Positions 51,437-59,597 of a stretch of 64,000 nucleotides of DNA are shown here, one piece after another. Both the position numbers and the translations under genes were made by a program. Source of the DNA: Candidatus Saccharimonadota bacterium. Lineage in GTDB: Bacteria > Patescibacteriota > Saccharimonadia > Saccharimonadales > Saccharimonadaceae. Each line of letters starts with the position of its first letter. The first letter of the stretch is position 1. The DNA is taken from NCBI GenBank assembly GCA_017455145.1, contig JAFTBP010000007.1, positions 19,505-83,504 on the forward strand. Direction: 5' to 3'. The notes below the pieces were generated by a model. That model searched no databases and had not been told where the DNA came from. It was given only the letters and a program-made list of their open reading frames with translations.

Positions 51437-52006
51437 ATGGATCAGAAATCTCACACTAGGAATCATCATTTGTCTCAACATTTTTTGCGCAGTCCACGCC
51501 TGGCGCTAATGTTGATCGGCCATAGCAATATCAAGAAGCGCGATTTAGTAATTGACATCGGTGCCGGCTCTGGTGTTATCACTTATGCTTTATCTAAGCG
51601 TTGCCGTAAGGTAATTGCCATAGAGCCGGATCATGGCACCGCAACAAAGCTCCGCAATAATTTAGCCCAGCGTGGCGTAGAAAACGTAGAAGTTATAGAG
51701 CAGGATTTCCTAGAATATGATTTGCCATCCGAGCCATACAAGGTGTTTTCTAACCCGCCCTTCCATTTGTCGTCCAAGATTGTGCATAAACTGCTAGAAG
51801 CAGAAAATCAGCCAGAAAGCTTTTATCTAATTTTACAAAAACAATTCGCCCTGAAATTGCTCAACACGGACCGCCACTACACCTCACAGCTCGGCCAGGC
51901 TTTAATAAAAGAGTACCAGACTAAGATTCGCTATCCGCTCCGCCCTACGGATTTTACTCCCCCTCCCGCCATCCCCACTGTGCTATTTGAAGCAAAAAAG
52001 ATTTAA
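51437..52006 (+). CDS. Short Erm/KsgA-family rRNA adenine methyltransferase
   Basis: SQHFL, DIGAGSG, FSNPPF, QKQFA, DFTPPP; lacks the C-terminal helical domain. Confidence 0.8.
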   Translation: MDQKSHTRNHHLSQHFLRSPRLALMLIGHSNIKKRDLVIDIGAGSGVITYALSKRCRKVIAIEPDHGTATKLRNNLAQRGVENVEVIEQDFLEYDLPSEPYKVFSNPPFHLSSKIVHKLLEAENQPESFYLILQKQFALKLLNTDRHYTSQLGQALIKEYQTKIRYPLRPTDFTPPPAIPTVLFEAKKI

Positions 52007-52242
52007 CGGACAGAAAATCCGTCGGTCTTATAGTAGTTATTCTCTGGGCGGGTATAATTACCGTTGATGAGCAGGTAGCGGGCGTTAGTACCGGAGCTAG
52101 CCCCCTGAGACCACCAGTAGCCGAGCGTACCCTGACCGACGGTAGCGCCAGATCCTCTGTCCACGTAGCCTGGATACGGCAGTGAGAATGGGAATTGATG
52201 GAGTATATCATTGACGCGGGTGGAGCCTTGGTCGCCGGAAGA
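52003..52242 (-). pseudogene. Tandem out-of-frame variable cassette B of the adhesin
   Basis: SSGDQGSTRVNDILHQFPFSLP...DGFSVR*; the 67-bp anchor 52176-52242 is identical to 52426-52492; repeat period 250 bp. Confidence 0.9.
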
Positions 52243-54256
52243 GTTGTGCGACGCAGCGGACAGAAAAGCCGTAGGTCTTATAGTCGTTATTCTCTGGGCT
52301 GGTATAATTACCGCTGATGAGCAGGGCCCGGGCGTTGGTATTAGAGTTAGCACCCTGCGACCACCAGTCGCCGCCCGCACCCTGAACGACGGTAGCGCCA
52401 GAAGCACTGTTCACGTTGCCTGACAACGGCAGTGAGAATGGGAATTGATGGAGTATATCATTGACGCGGGTGGAGCCTTGGTCGCCGGAAGAAGTTATTA
52501 AAGAGTAGGTGTCCTTAATTAGATACATCCAGGAGCCATTACCAGTGTAGCGGGGAAGCCACCAGCCTTTTGGACAAATGTCTTGGCTCGCTGTAGTTGC
52601 GCCCTGGCTCTTGCTTACGCTACCAGCCGTCGCGGCATACCAGTTGTAGTATACGCCGATTTTTTGGTTCTCGCCAGTGATATTACCACCAGCGCCAGTC
52701 TCGCGTACGTCATTGGTGGAACGAGATAGCCAGCGGTCAGAGTAGGCCCCAGCCGTGCTTCCTTCTTTCCATTGGGCAGTATCCTCTGTGGTCTGGGTTT
52801 TACCGTTAGAGGTTCCGCCAGTAGACGTTGAGTCTGGACCATTGATGGATGCTGGAGTAATTGAACTCGTGATATTAGTATCATCTGGAGTAAGTGTGCG
52901 ATTCTCAATGAACGATAGGTTGAGGTTATTCACCATCCAACAGTTACCGTCTGCGAGTTTGCGCACTTCATAAGTATTACCGTCGCGACTATCAGTTAAG
53001 GTCCTGTAGGCTACGTAGTTCGTGTCGCCATAGTGAGCTGGACCGCCTTTGCCGTCGCCTCCATCGCCGTTGGCATTCTTACTAGCAGTATGCGATGTGC
53101 CGGCTGGGTTTTGACCCTGAATAACGTCAGGACTTGGGGTAGTCATATAGCGCGAGTCATTACAAATTGAGTTTGTCATCTCTTGCATTGTCGTAATGTT
53201 AAAGAATGTTGCAATATAGTTAAACTGCTTATGGAAAGTCTGAGAATATTCTGGGATGTTGACATAGACCTGATATTGACCGATAGAGTTAGCAGGAGCA
53301 GTACAGTTATACTCTAGATATGCCTCGCCCGTAGATGTACACGTCATCTCGCTAGACGCAAGTTCCGCTAGTGTCTTTGTGCCAGCGCTAAGATCTTCAT
53401 AGTCACTCTGCGATAGCATATAGATATCTACGTTAGTAGCAGACGTCGTATAAAGCGGAGTGGTGACTTTGATAGTCTGACCAGAACCAGTGAGGTTTGG
53501 TGTCTCGCTAGGAGTAAGATTAATCTCGGACGTTGTCCCACCATTTGCCACTGCCGTATATAATACGGAGTTCGTATAAGTTCCAGCCGCTACGGAGTGG
53601 TCTGCTTGTACACCATACCAGACGTGGAATACGTTAGGACTACCATAGTTAGAAGTACTCGTCTGAGCCACTAACTGAGCCGGTTGTTCGTTAGTCGGTA
53701 GGGAAGCGAACATAATACTGTTATCTGGCTCTGCATTTGTAAGTTGTGCGTAGCTAGTATTAAATCCGTTTGGAGTGATAACCGTTGGATCATTTTTAGG
53801 GATAGCGTAACCCCACTTACCATTGGCTAGTGGGCTAGTACTTGTGAAAGAACCTGTGGAGGAGATTTTATTGTTTGAGTCAAGAATTAGGGAATTCTCG
53901 TCGTCATTCATACCCATATAGACTTTGTATCCGCCAGGGGCATTTGTCTGTGTAGAGACCGTAGCCACCCCAGTAGACATTGTACCCATCGGATACGCAA
54001 TCAAGTTAAGGTTTACCTGCGGGGTAACTGTCAGAGAGACAGAATAATTACCCTGAGTAATATTTGCGTTAATCTGGGTTTCTACCGCATTAGACATATT
54101 AATCGGTGCGTAGATAGAAGACGCCATAAACGTTGCCATAAACGCAAGACAGAATACTGGCACAGCACCGTAAAATACCTTTAAGTAAAGCCTGGAAGTC
54201 TTAAGCCCTAGCCTTCGCTTCCTGCTTAATTTTCTCCCCCCGAGATGTTGTGTCAT
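52208..54256 (-). CDS. Surface adhesin-like protein: signal/TM, pilin/WxL-like domain, C-terminal Fib_succ_major (FISUMP, CLec-like) domain
   Basis: AAAGGAGGT SD; LTDSRDGNTYEVRKLADGNCWMVNNL, YYNWYAATAG, DICPKGWWLP, WWS, GFSVRCVA motifs. Confidence 0.88.
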   Translation of the reverse strand: MTQHLGGRKLSRKRRLGLKTSRLYLKVFYGAVPVFCLAFMATFMASSIYAPINMSNAVETQINANITQGNYSVSLTVTPQVNLNLIAYPMGTMSTGVATVSTQTNAPGGYKVYMGMNDDENSLILDSNNKISSTGSFTSTSPLANGKWGYAIPKNDPTVITPNGFNTSYAQLTNAEPDNSIMFASLPTNEQPAQLVAQTSTSNYGSPNVFHVWYGVQADHSVAAGTYTNSVLYTAVANGGTTSEINLTPSETPNLTGSGQTIKVTTPLYTTSATNVDIYMLSQSDYEDLSAGTKTLAELASSEMTCTSTGEAYLEYNCTAPANSIGQYQVYVNIPEYSQTFHKQFNYIATFFNITTMQEMTNSICNDSRYMTTPSPDVIQGQNPAGTSHTASKNANGDGGDGKGGPAHYGDTNYVAYRTLTDSRDGNTYEVRKLADGNCWMVNNLNLSFIENRTLTPDDTNITSSITPASINGPDSTSTGGTSNGKTQTTEDTAQWKEGSTAGAYSDRWLSRSTNDVRETGAGGNITGENQKIGVYYNWYAATAGSVSKSQGATTASQDICPKGWWLPRYTGNGSWMYLIKDTYSLITSSGDQGSTRVNDILHQFPFSLPLSGNVNSASGATVVQGAGGDWWSQGANSNTNARALLISGNYTSPENNDYKTYGFSVRCVAQLFRRPRLHPRQ

Positions 54257-54414
54257 TTATACCTCCTTTGTATATCCCTATATGCCGTCAACCGACGGTT
54301 TCACACGCTCATTATAGCACGAACATTTTGCAAAGCGCAAGCACTTTTTTACAATTTTTACACAAAATCTTTATGGTTTTACACGCCCCAGATGCGATAT
54401 GGTATAATTATCCT

Positions 54415-55494
54415 ATGCAAACCGAAAAACGCCTAGAAACCTTAAAGACTGATTTTTTTGATACCTGGGAAAAACTAAAAATTGACGACGAGATTGCCAA
54501 ACTAGAAGAATTAGAACGCGAGGTTGCTAATCCCGAAATCTGGAAAAACCCAGACGACGCTCGCGAAAAAAACGAAGTCCTCGCTAGACTCAAAGAAAAA
54601 ATAGAGACTTGGCAAGTCCTAAAAATGCAAATCACCGACATTTCCGAACTCTTAGCCCTCGGCGAAGACGACCTAACAGCAGAAATTGACGACCAAATTT
54701 CCGCAATGGAAAAGACTTTCTCTGAACTAAAACAGGCTCTAAAATTTACCGGACCATATGACCACGGCGACGCTATTATCCGTATTACAGCCGGCGCCGG
54801 CGGGACAGAGGCAATGGACTGGGCAGGAATGTTAGAACGAATGTATCTTAGATTTTTTGAGAAAAAGGGCTTTAAGCCAACCCTCATAGAAAAAACCGAA
54901 GGCGAAGAAGCCGGCATAAAAACCGCCGTTTATGAAATTTCTGGCACTGATGTTTATGGGATGCTTAAAAGTGAGAATGGCACTCACCGCCTCGTCCGGC
55001 TCAGTCCGTTTAACGCGGACAATCTTCGTCAAACTTCTTTCTCGCTAGTAGAAATTTTACCCGTAATAAAAGGCGATACCGACGTAAAAATAGACGAAAA
55101 AGATCTTCGCATTGATGTTTACCATTCCGGCGGACACGGCGGTCAAAGCGTCAACACGACTAATTCTGCCGTCCGCATTACTCATATCCCAACAAACACC
55201 GTTGTCGCCATTCAAAACGAACGTAGCCAACTCCAAAACAAAGAAAAGGCTATGGAAATTTTACGTGGCAAACTCGCCCAGATGCAAATAGAGCAACAAG
55301 CCGAGAGCATTAACAAACTCCGCGCCGGCGAATCCGCATCTTGGGGACAACAAATCAGAAACTACGTTCTCCAACCATACAAACTAGTCAAAGACACTCG
55401 CACAAAATACGAAGAAACCGACGCCGACGCCGTATTAGACGGCAAAATTGATGGGTTCATTAACGCTTATCTTGACGCGAATCTTTCCGCCTAG
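54415..55494 (+). CDS. prfB: Peptide chain release factor 2 (no programmed frameshift)
   Basis: GAGGTEAMDW, RLSPF, GGQ motifs; continuous frame from ATG 54415. Confidence 0.96.
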   Translation: MQTEKRLETLKTDFFDTWEKLKIDDEIAKLEELEREVANPEIWKNPDDAREKNEVLARLKEKIETWQVLKMQITDISELLALGEDDLTAEIDDQISAMEKTFSELKQALKFTGPYDHGDAIIRITAGAGGTEAMDWAGMLERMYLRFFEKKGFKPTLIEKTEGEEAGIKTAVYEISGTDVYGMLKSENGTHRLVRLSPFNADNLRQTSFSLVEILPVIKGDTDVKIDEKDLRIDVYHSGGHGGQSVNTTNSAVRITHIPTNTVVAIQNERSQLQNKEKAMEILRGKLAQMQIEQQAESINKLRAGESASWGQQIRNYVLQPYKLVKDTRTKYEETDADAVLDGKIDGFINAYLDANLSA

Positions 55495-56089
55495 TTAGAA
55501 CTAGCATTGCCATAAATATATAAATATAGCCCGTTTCCCAAATCAACATTGTGCTCCAAAGTGCCTGCCACCTAATAGAATAGCCTGTAATATATACTAA
55601 TCCATATGCCATAAAAGCCAGTGTAGCGGTCATAGCAAGATTGTCTTTTCTAGCGGATAACCTAAATCTCTCTAACCCCATACAGAACATTGCGATAAAC
55701 ATTGTCCTCGCAAAGAAAATATGTGTGTTTACAAAAATCTCTCTAACATTTGGCTCGCCAAATTCTATATGCGGGAAAACCGATAGCCCCACAAACCCCG
55801 CTACTTCTACTAGACTTAGCACAAACCATAACGTAGAAAATTTTTTACGAACAAAAATAAAATATCTAAGCAGGAGTGTCGCGATAAGAATATTACAAAC
55901 GCAAAAGAATACTGAGCTCCAAAGTTCTAGTCCGACATAGCGCGAAATCGTTAGCGTAAGATTGCCAAAATAACCCTTAAAAATCCAGTAATATCCTAGA
56001 ATAATAATCTGCGAAAAAGCAAAAATCGCCGGCGCAAGCGCCAAACCAATGCTCGGTTTTGCAATGTTTCTAGCTAGTGACTTATGCAT
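55460..56089 (-). CDS. Multi-pass membrane protein (DUF998-like)
   Basis: About six TM helices, TISRYVG and H..FA patterns; start uncertain. Confidence 0.6.
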   Translation of the reverse strand: MHKSLARNIAKPSIGLALAPAIFAFSQIIILGYYWIFKGYFGNLTLTISRYVGLELWSSVFFCVCNILIATLLLRYFIFVRKKFSTLWFVLSLVEVAGFVGLSVFPHIEFGEPNVREIFVNTHIFFARTMFIAMFCMGLERFRLSARKDNLAMTATLAFMAYGLVYITGYSIRWQALWSTMLIWETGYIYIFMAMLVLTRRKDSRQDKR

Positions 56090-56166
56090 ATTCCATAATA
56101 TTATAACATTCAGAATAATCTCGCAAAAAACAAAATATTGTATAATATATGTAGAAAGGAGCAATC

Positions 56167-56346
56167 ATGGCGATAGCTACAATGGAGAAAGTTATTACTA
56201 AAAAAACATATAATCCTCTACGGCTTAAAAGCTATGAAGAAGTTCTTCAGGATCTTGCAATATCAAGAAGGCAATACGAATTAGGTCAATACGAGGATGC
56301 GGGTGCGGTAGTGAAGGAGATACGTACTCGTTATGGTATATCGTAA
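56167..56346 (+). CDS. Orphan antitoxin-like protein (59 aa, absent from the ORF track)
   Basis: AAAGGAG SD; MAIATMEK...SYEEVLQDLAISRRQYELGQYEDAGAVVKEIRTRYGIS aligns with the antitoxin at 48308-48502. Confidence 0.65.
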   Translation: MAIATMEKVITKKTYNPLRLKSYEEVLQDLAISRRQYELGQYEDAGAVVKEIRTRYGIS

Positions 56347-56371
56347 AGAAGTAAATGTGTGATATAATATA

Positions 56372-56510
56372 AGCAAAGACGGCGGCCCTGACGGTCACTG
56401 GAGAGTGGCCGGCAAGTCTAGGGTCTTCCGTAAGGAAGATATGGTGAATTGACATCTCAAGCCGCTTGCCCAGCCGTTGCGGAGACCACTTGGAAACAAG
56501 TGGTCTTGCT
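56372..56510 (+). ncRNA. Candidate structured small RNA
   Basis: Own TGaTATAAT promoter, several GC-rich hairpins, ends in the GAGACCACTTG-GAAA-CAAGTGGTCTT hairpin. Confidence 0.5.
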
Positions 56511-56563
56511 CATTTTACTCCACTCCATTTGCTTTTCATTTTTGCTTATGCTATCATAGGATT

Positions 56564-57331
56564 ATGATATTGTTAGATCAAGTGTCCAAAACTTACCGCG
56601 GAGATACCTATCCCGCACTTGACCACGTCTCACTTCATATTGAGCCTAATGAGTTTGTCTTTTTAGTTGGTCAATCCGGCGCCGGCAAATCTACCTTAAT
56701 GAAAATGATTACCAAAGAAGAAATTCCAGATTCCGGCAAAATCATTATCGGTGGTATTGACCTAGATTACGTCAAAAAACGCTACATCCCACATTATCGC
56801 CGTCGTCTCGGTGTAGTCTATCAAGATTTTAAATTACTTCCGTCTCGTACCGTTTATGAGAACGTCGCTTTCGCTCTGGAAATCGCCGGTATGAGCAATA
56901 GGGAAATAGACAAAACCGTACCAAAAGTCCTAGAACTAGTCGGACTTTTAGACGCCGCCAAAAAATTCCCGCGTGAACTTTCTGGCGGTATGGCCCAGCG
57001 CGTTTCTATCGCTCGCTCTGTCGCTCGCCAACCAAAAATCCTTATCGCCGACGAGCCTACCGGAAACCTAGACAAAATTACTCGTGGAGAAATTATTGAT
57101 TTACTCCAAAAAATCAACGATTTTGGCACTACTGTCCTCGTTACTACCCACGACGAAAATATCGTTAACAATCTTCAAAAACGCGTCGTCACTCTAAAAA
57201 ACGGCAAAATTGTTTCCGACCAGAAAAACCGTGGCGTCTATAAACTTGACGCTACGCCTATCGTTACTAGAACTCCGCTAGAGAAACCTATTTCTCAGCG
57301 CGTTGTTCGTACTACTAGGAGGGTAATTTAA
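56564..57331 (+). CDS. ftsE: Cell division ATP-binding protein FtsE
   Basis: GQSGAGKST, VYQDFKLL, LSGG, ADEPTGNLD; start reassigned to 56564. Confidence 0.93.
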   Translation: MILLDQVSKTYRGDTYPALDHVSLHIEPNEFVFLVGQSGAGKSTLMKMITKEEIPDSGKIIIGGIDLDYVKKRYIPHYRRRLGVVYQDFKLLPSRTVYENVAFALEIAGMSNREIDKTVPKVLELVGLLDAAKKFPRELSGGMAQRVSIARSVARQPKILIADEPTGNLDKITRGEIIDLLQKINDFGTTVLVTTHDENIVNNLQKRVVTLKNGKIVSDQKNRGVYKLDATPIVTRTPLEKPISQRVVRTTRRVI

Positions 57332-58374
57332 TGACTAAGGGTGGCACCACTAAAAAGAATTTAAAAACTATGAGCAAAAACAGCGGAGTCCAAAAACTCC
57401 GTAGTACCTCTCGCGTATTCAAATACGGCGCAATTAGTTTTACGCGTAATATCTGGCTTTCTATCGCCGCGACACTCGTAATGACTATGACGCTCATTAT
57501 CTTGTTTGTTACTGTTATTGCCAGCGCCATTCTCGCTTCCACCGCCGACACAATGCGCGAAAAAATTGACATCACCATCTATCTTCGCCCAGGCACTTCC
57601 GCCACTACATTATCTAGCATGGCTAGCACTCTCGCTTCTGATGATAACGTTAGTTCCGTTAGCGTTTCCACTTCCGAAGAGGAATACGAGCGTTTCCTCA
57701 TTGAAAATTCTGACAACGAAGATTTGCTAAACGCCCTTTCCGACGAATCCGGAGAAATGCGTACCAAAATGATTTCCAAGATGCAGTCCACTATTCGCAT
57801 CAAAGTCGTTGATATTGACGATTTGTCCAGTATTAAACATATCGTTGCTACAGACCGCAACTTCGTCATTCATATAGATCCAAACAACCCACCAACTTAC
57901 GACGTCAACCGTGCCGAAATAGAAACTATCACTAGCTGGGCTAACATTGCTAGAAATGGCGGCATTATCTTGTCTGTCGTATTCTTAGTAGTATCGGTTC
58001 TCGTTATCTTTAATACTATTCGTATGGCAATTTTCTCCCGCAGGGAAGAAATCTATATGATGCGCCTAGTTGGAGCAGATAATAATTTCATACGTGGGCC
58101 ATTCCTTATTGAAGCCCAAATTTCCGGCATCATCTCTGGTGTTATCGCTACCACACTTGGCTACTTCGGGTTTAACGCTCTCGCTCCTCATCTAGAAAAT
58201 TACGGCATTAGCGTATCTTCTATTTCTAATCTGCTAAATTCCAGTTCGCTCGTCCTAGTCTATCTTGGCGCTATCTTAATCGGTATCGTTATCGGCACCG
58301 TATCTTCACTTCTCGCTATTAGAAAATACCTAAACAGCACTCCAAAGAGAGTCAAAAAGAAAAAGCGCCATTGA
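57331..58374 (+). CDS. ftsX: Cell division permease FtsX
   Basis: RN.WLS.A, IFNTIRMAIFSRREEI..MRLVGA...FIRGPF. Confidence 0.93.
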   Translation: MTKGGTTKKNLKTMSKNSGVQKLRSTSRVFKYGAISFTRNIWLSIAATLVMTMTLIILFVTVIASAILASTADTMREKIDITIYLRPGTSATTLSSMASTLASDDNVSSVSVSTSEEEYERFLIENSDNEDLLNALSDESGEMRTKMISKMQSTIRIKVVDIDDLSSIKHIVATDRNFVIHIDPNNPPTYDVNRAEIETITSWANIARNGGIILSVVFLVVSVLVIFNTIRMAIFSRREEIYMMRLVGADNNFIRGPFLIEAQISGIISGVIATTLGYFGFNALAPHLENYGISVSSISNLLNSSSLVLVYLGAILIGIVIGTVSSLLAIRKYLNSTPKRVKKKKRH

Positions 58375-58405
58375 TTTTTCTTACCGCTTATGCTAAGATG
58401 AGAGT

Positions 58406-59566
58406 ATGAAAGCTCTCAAAATAAAAACACTCAAATTTTTTGTCCCCGTTCTAGTTTTAAGTTTAGTGTTCTCCGCAGTGTTAATGCCAGGAAAATCCGC
58501 ATTCGCTGATTACGCTATTTGTACTAGCGACGCTTGTAAGGCCGCCCAAGAAGCCGAAAACGCTCTTCGTCAAAAAGCCTCCGAGGCCGTCAACGAAGCC
58601 CAAACCGTAGAAGGCGAAATTGCCAAACTAAACGCCGAGATTGACGCCATCCAAGCCAACATTGATACGTCCGTCGCTATGGTAAACGATCTAAAAGAAC
58701 AGATCAAACAAACCGAAGAGCGCCTAGACGAACAAGAAACCGGTCTTGCTAGCCTACTCGTCCAAATGCACTTTGACCACGACACGGACCCTATCTCTAT
58801 CCTTGCTAGTTCTAAATCTCTTTCCGACTATGCCGAAAAACAAGCCCGAACAGAAAACATCAAAACCCAAATCGCCGCCGGAATAGAAACCATCAAAGAA
58901 CTAAAGGCCGATTTGGAAGGCCAAAAAGCCGATGTAGAACGTCTCATAGAAGAGCAGGAAGGTCAGCGCGCCGCTATCGCCGAGAAGAAAGCCGAGCAAC
59001 AAGAAATCGCCAACAAATATCGTGATGATGCCGCCGCTTTCTCCGCCGATGCCGACGCCAAACATCAAGAAATGCTTGCTCAAGTAGAATGGATTAGAAC
59101 TCAAGTCCACGCCGCTGGCAATATCGCCGGTCCACGTTCTACTTCTGGCAATGATACTTATCCTTGGCGCCAAAAATGTCTCTACGAAGGACTTGGTCCT
59201 TGGGCTGTAGTCAACTGGAAGTCTGGAGGATATGGCGGACTTTATTGTCAGTGTGTTGACTATGCCGGCTGGAAGATTTATGAATACACTCACGGTCAAG
59301 TCAATGCCGAGACTTGGGGTAATGCTAATATGTGGGGCTCTTCCGCTCGCCGTTATAGCAAAATCTGGGTGGACGAAATCGCCGCTCCAAACACTGTTGC
59401 CGTATCCGGCTACGGTGGCTACGGACACGTAATGTGGGTAGAGTCAGTCAACCCTGACGGTACGCTAAACATTTCTGAATACAACTGGTATCCATACGCC
59501 TTCTCTACTGGCGTAGTAACCAACCCATCTGGCCTACTCTACATCCACCTAGACAACTACCATTAA
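58406..59566 (+). CDS. PcsB/CwlO-like coiled-coil CHAP peptidoglycan hydrolase
   Basis: Signal peptide, long coiled coil, QCVDY...WGNA..W...YGHVMWVE...ISEYN. Confidence 0.9.
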   Translation: MKALKIKTLKFFVPVLVLSLVFSAVLMPGKSAFADYAICTSDACKAAQEAENALRQKASEAVNEAQTVEGEIAKLNAEIDAIQANIDTSVAMVNDLKEQIKQTEERLDEQETGLASLLVQMHFDHDTDPISILASSKSLSDYAEKQARTENIKTQIAAGIETIKELKADLEGQKADVERLIEEQEGQRAAIAEKKAEQQEIANKYRDDAAAFSADADAKHQEMLAQVEWIRTQVHAAGNIAGPRSTSGNDTYPWRQKCLYEGLGPWAVVNWKSGGYGGLYCQCVDYAGWKIYEYTHGQVNAETWGNANMWGSSARRYSKIWVDEIAAPNTVAVSGYGGYGHVMWVESVNPDGTLNISEYNWYPYAFSTGVVTNPSGLLYIHLDNYH

Positions 59567-59597
59567 CATTATTGCGAATTTGTGTTAAAATAAGGTA

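Noticed and set aside
52003-52242. Copy B (or C) as the DGR template repeat
   Set aside because: A template should carry A at nearly all variable sites; B and C often have non-A where another copy has A (e.g. TAC vs AAC, GGT vs AAT)
51954-52407. ORFs 51954-52211 and 52003-52407 as independent genes
   Set aside because: Frame-shifted read-throughs created by the 250-bp tandem duplication
54250-54500. Programmed +1 frameshift or long N-terminal extension in prfB
   Set aside because: The frame is continuous from ATG 54415 with no CTT-TGA site; the upstream extension overlaps promoter DNA
56415-56445. SRP (4.5S) RNA or hammerhead ribozyme
   Set aside because: CCGTAAGGAAG resembles the SRP helix 8 tip, but the stem is fully paired and lacks the CAGG/AGCA loop; CTGACGG is not the CUGANGA core and there is no matching GAAA junction
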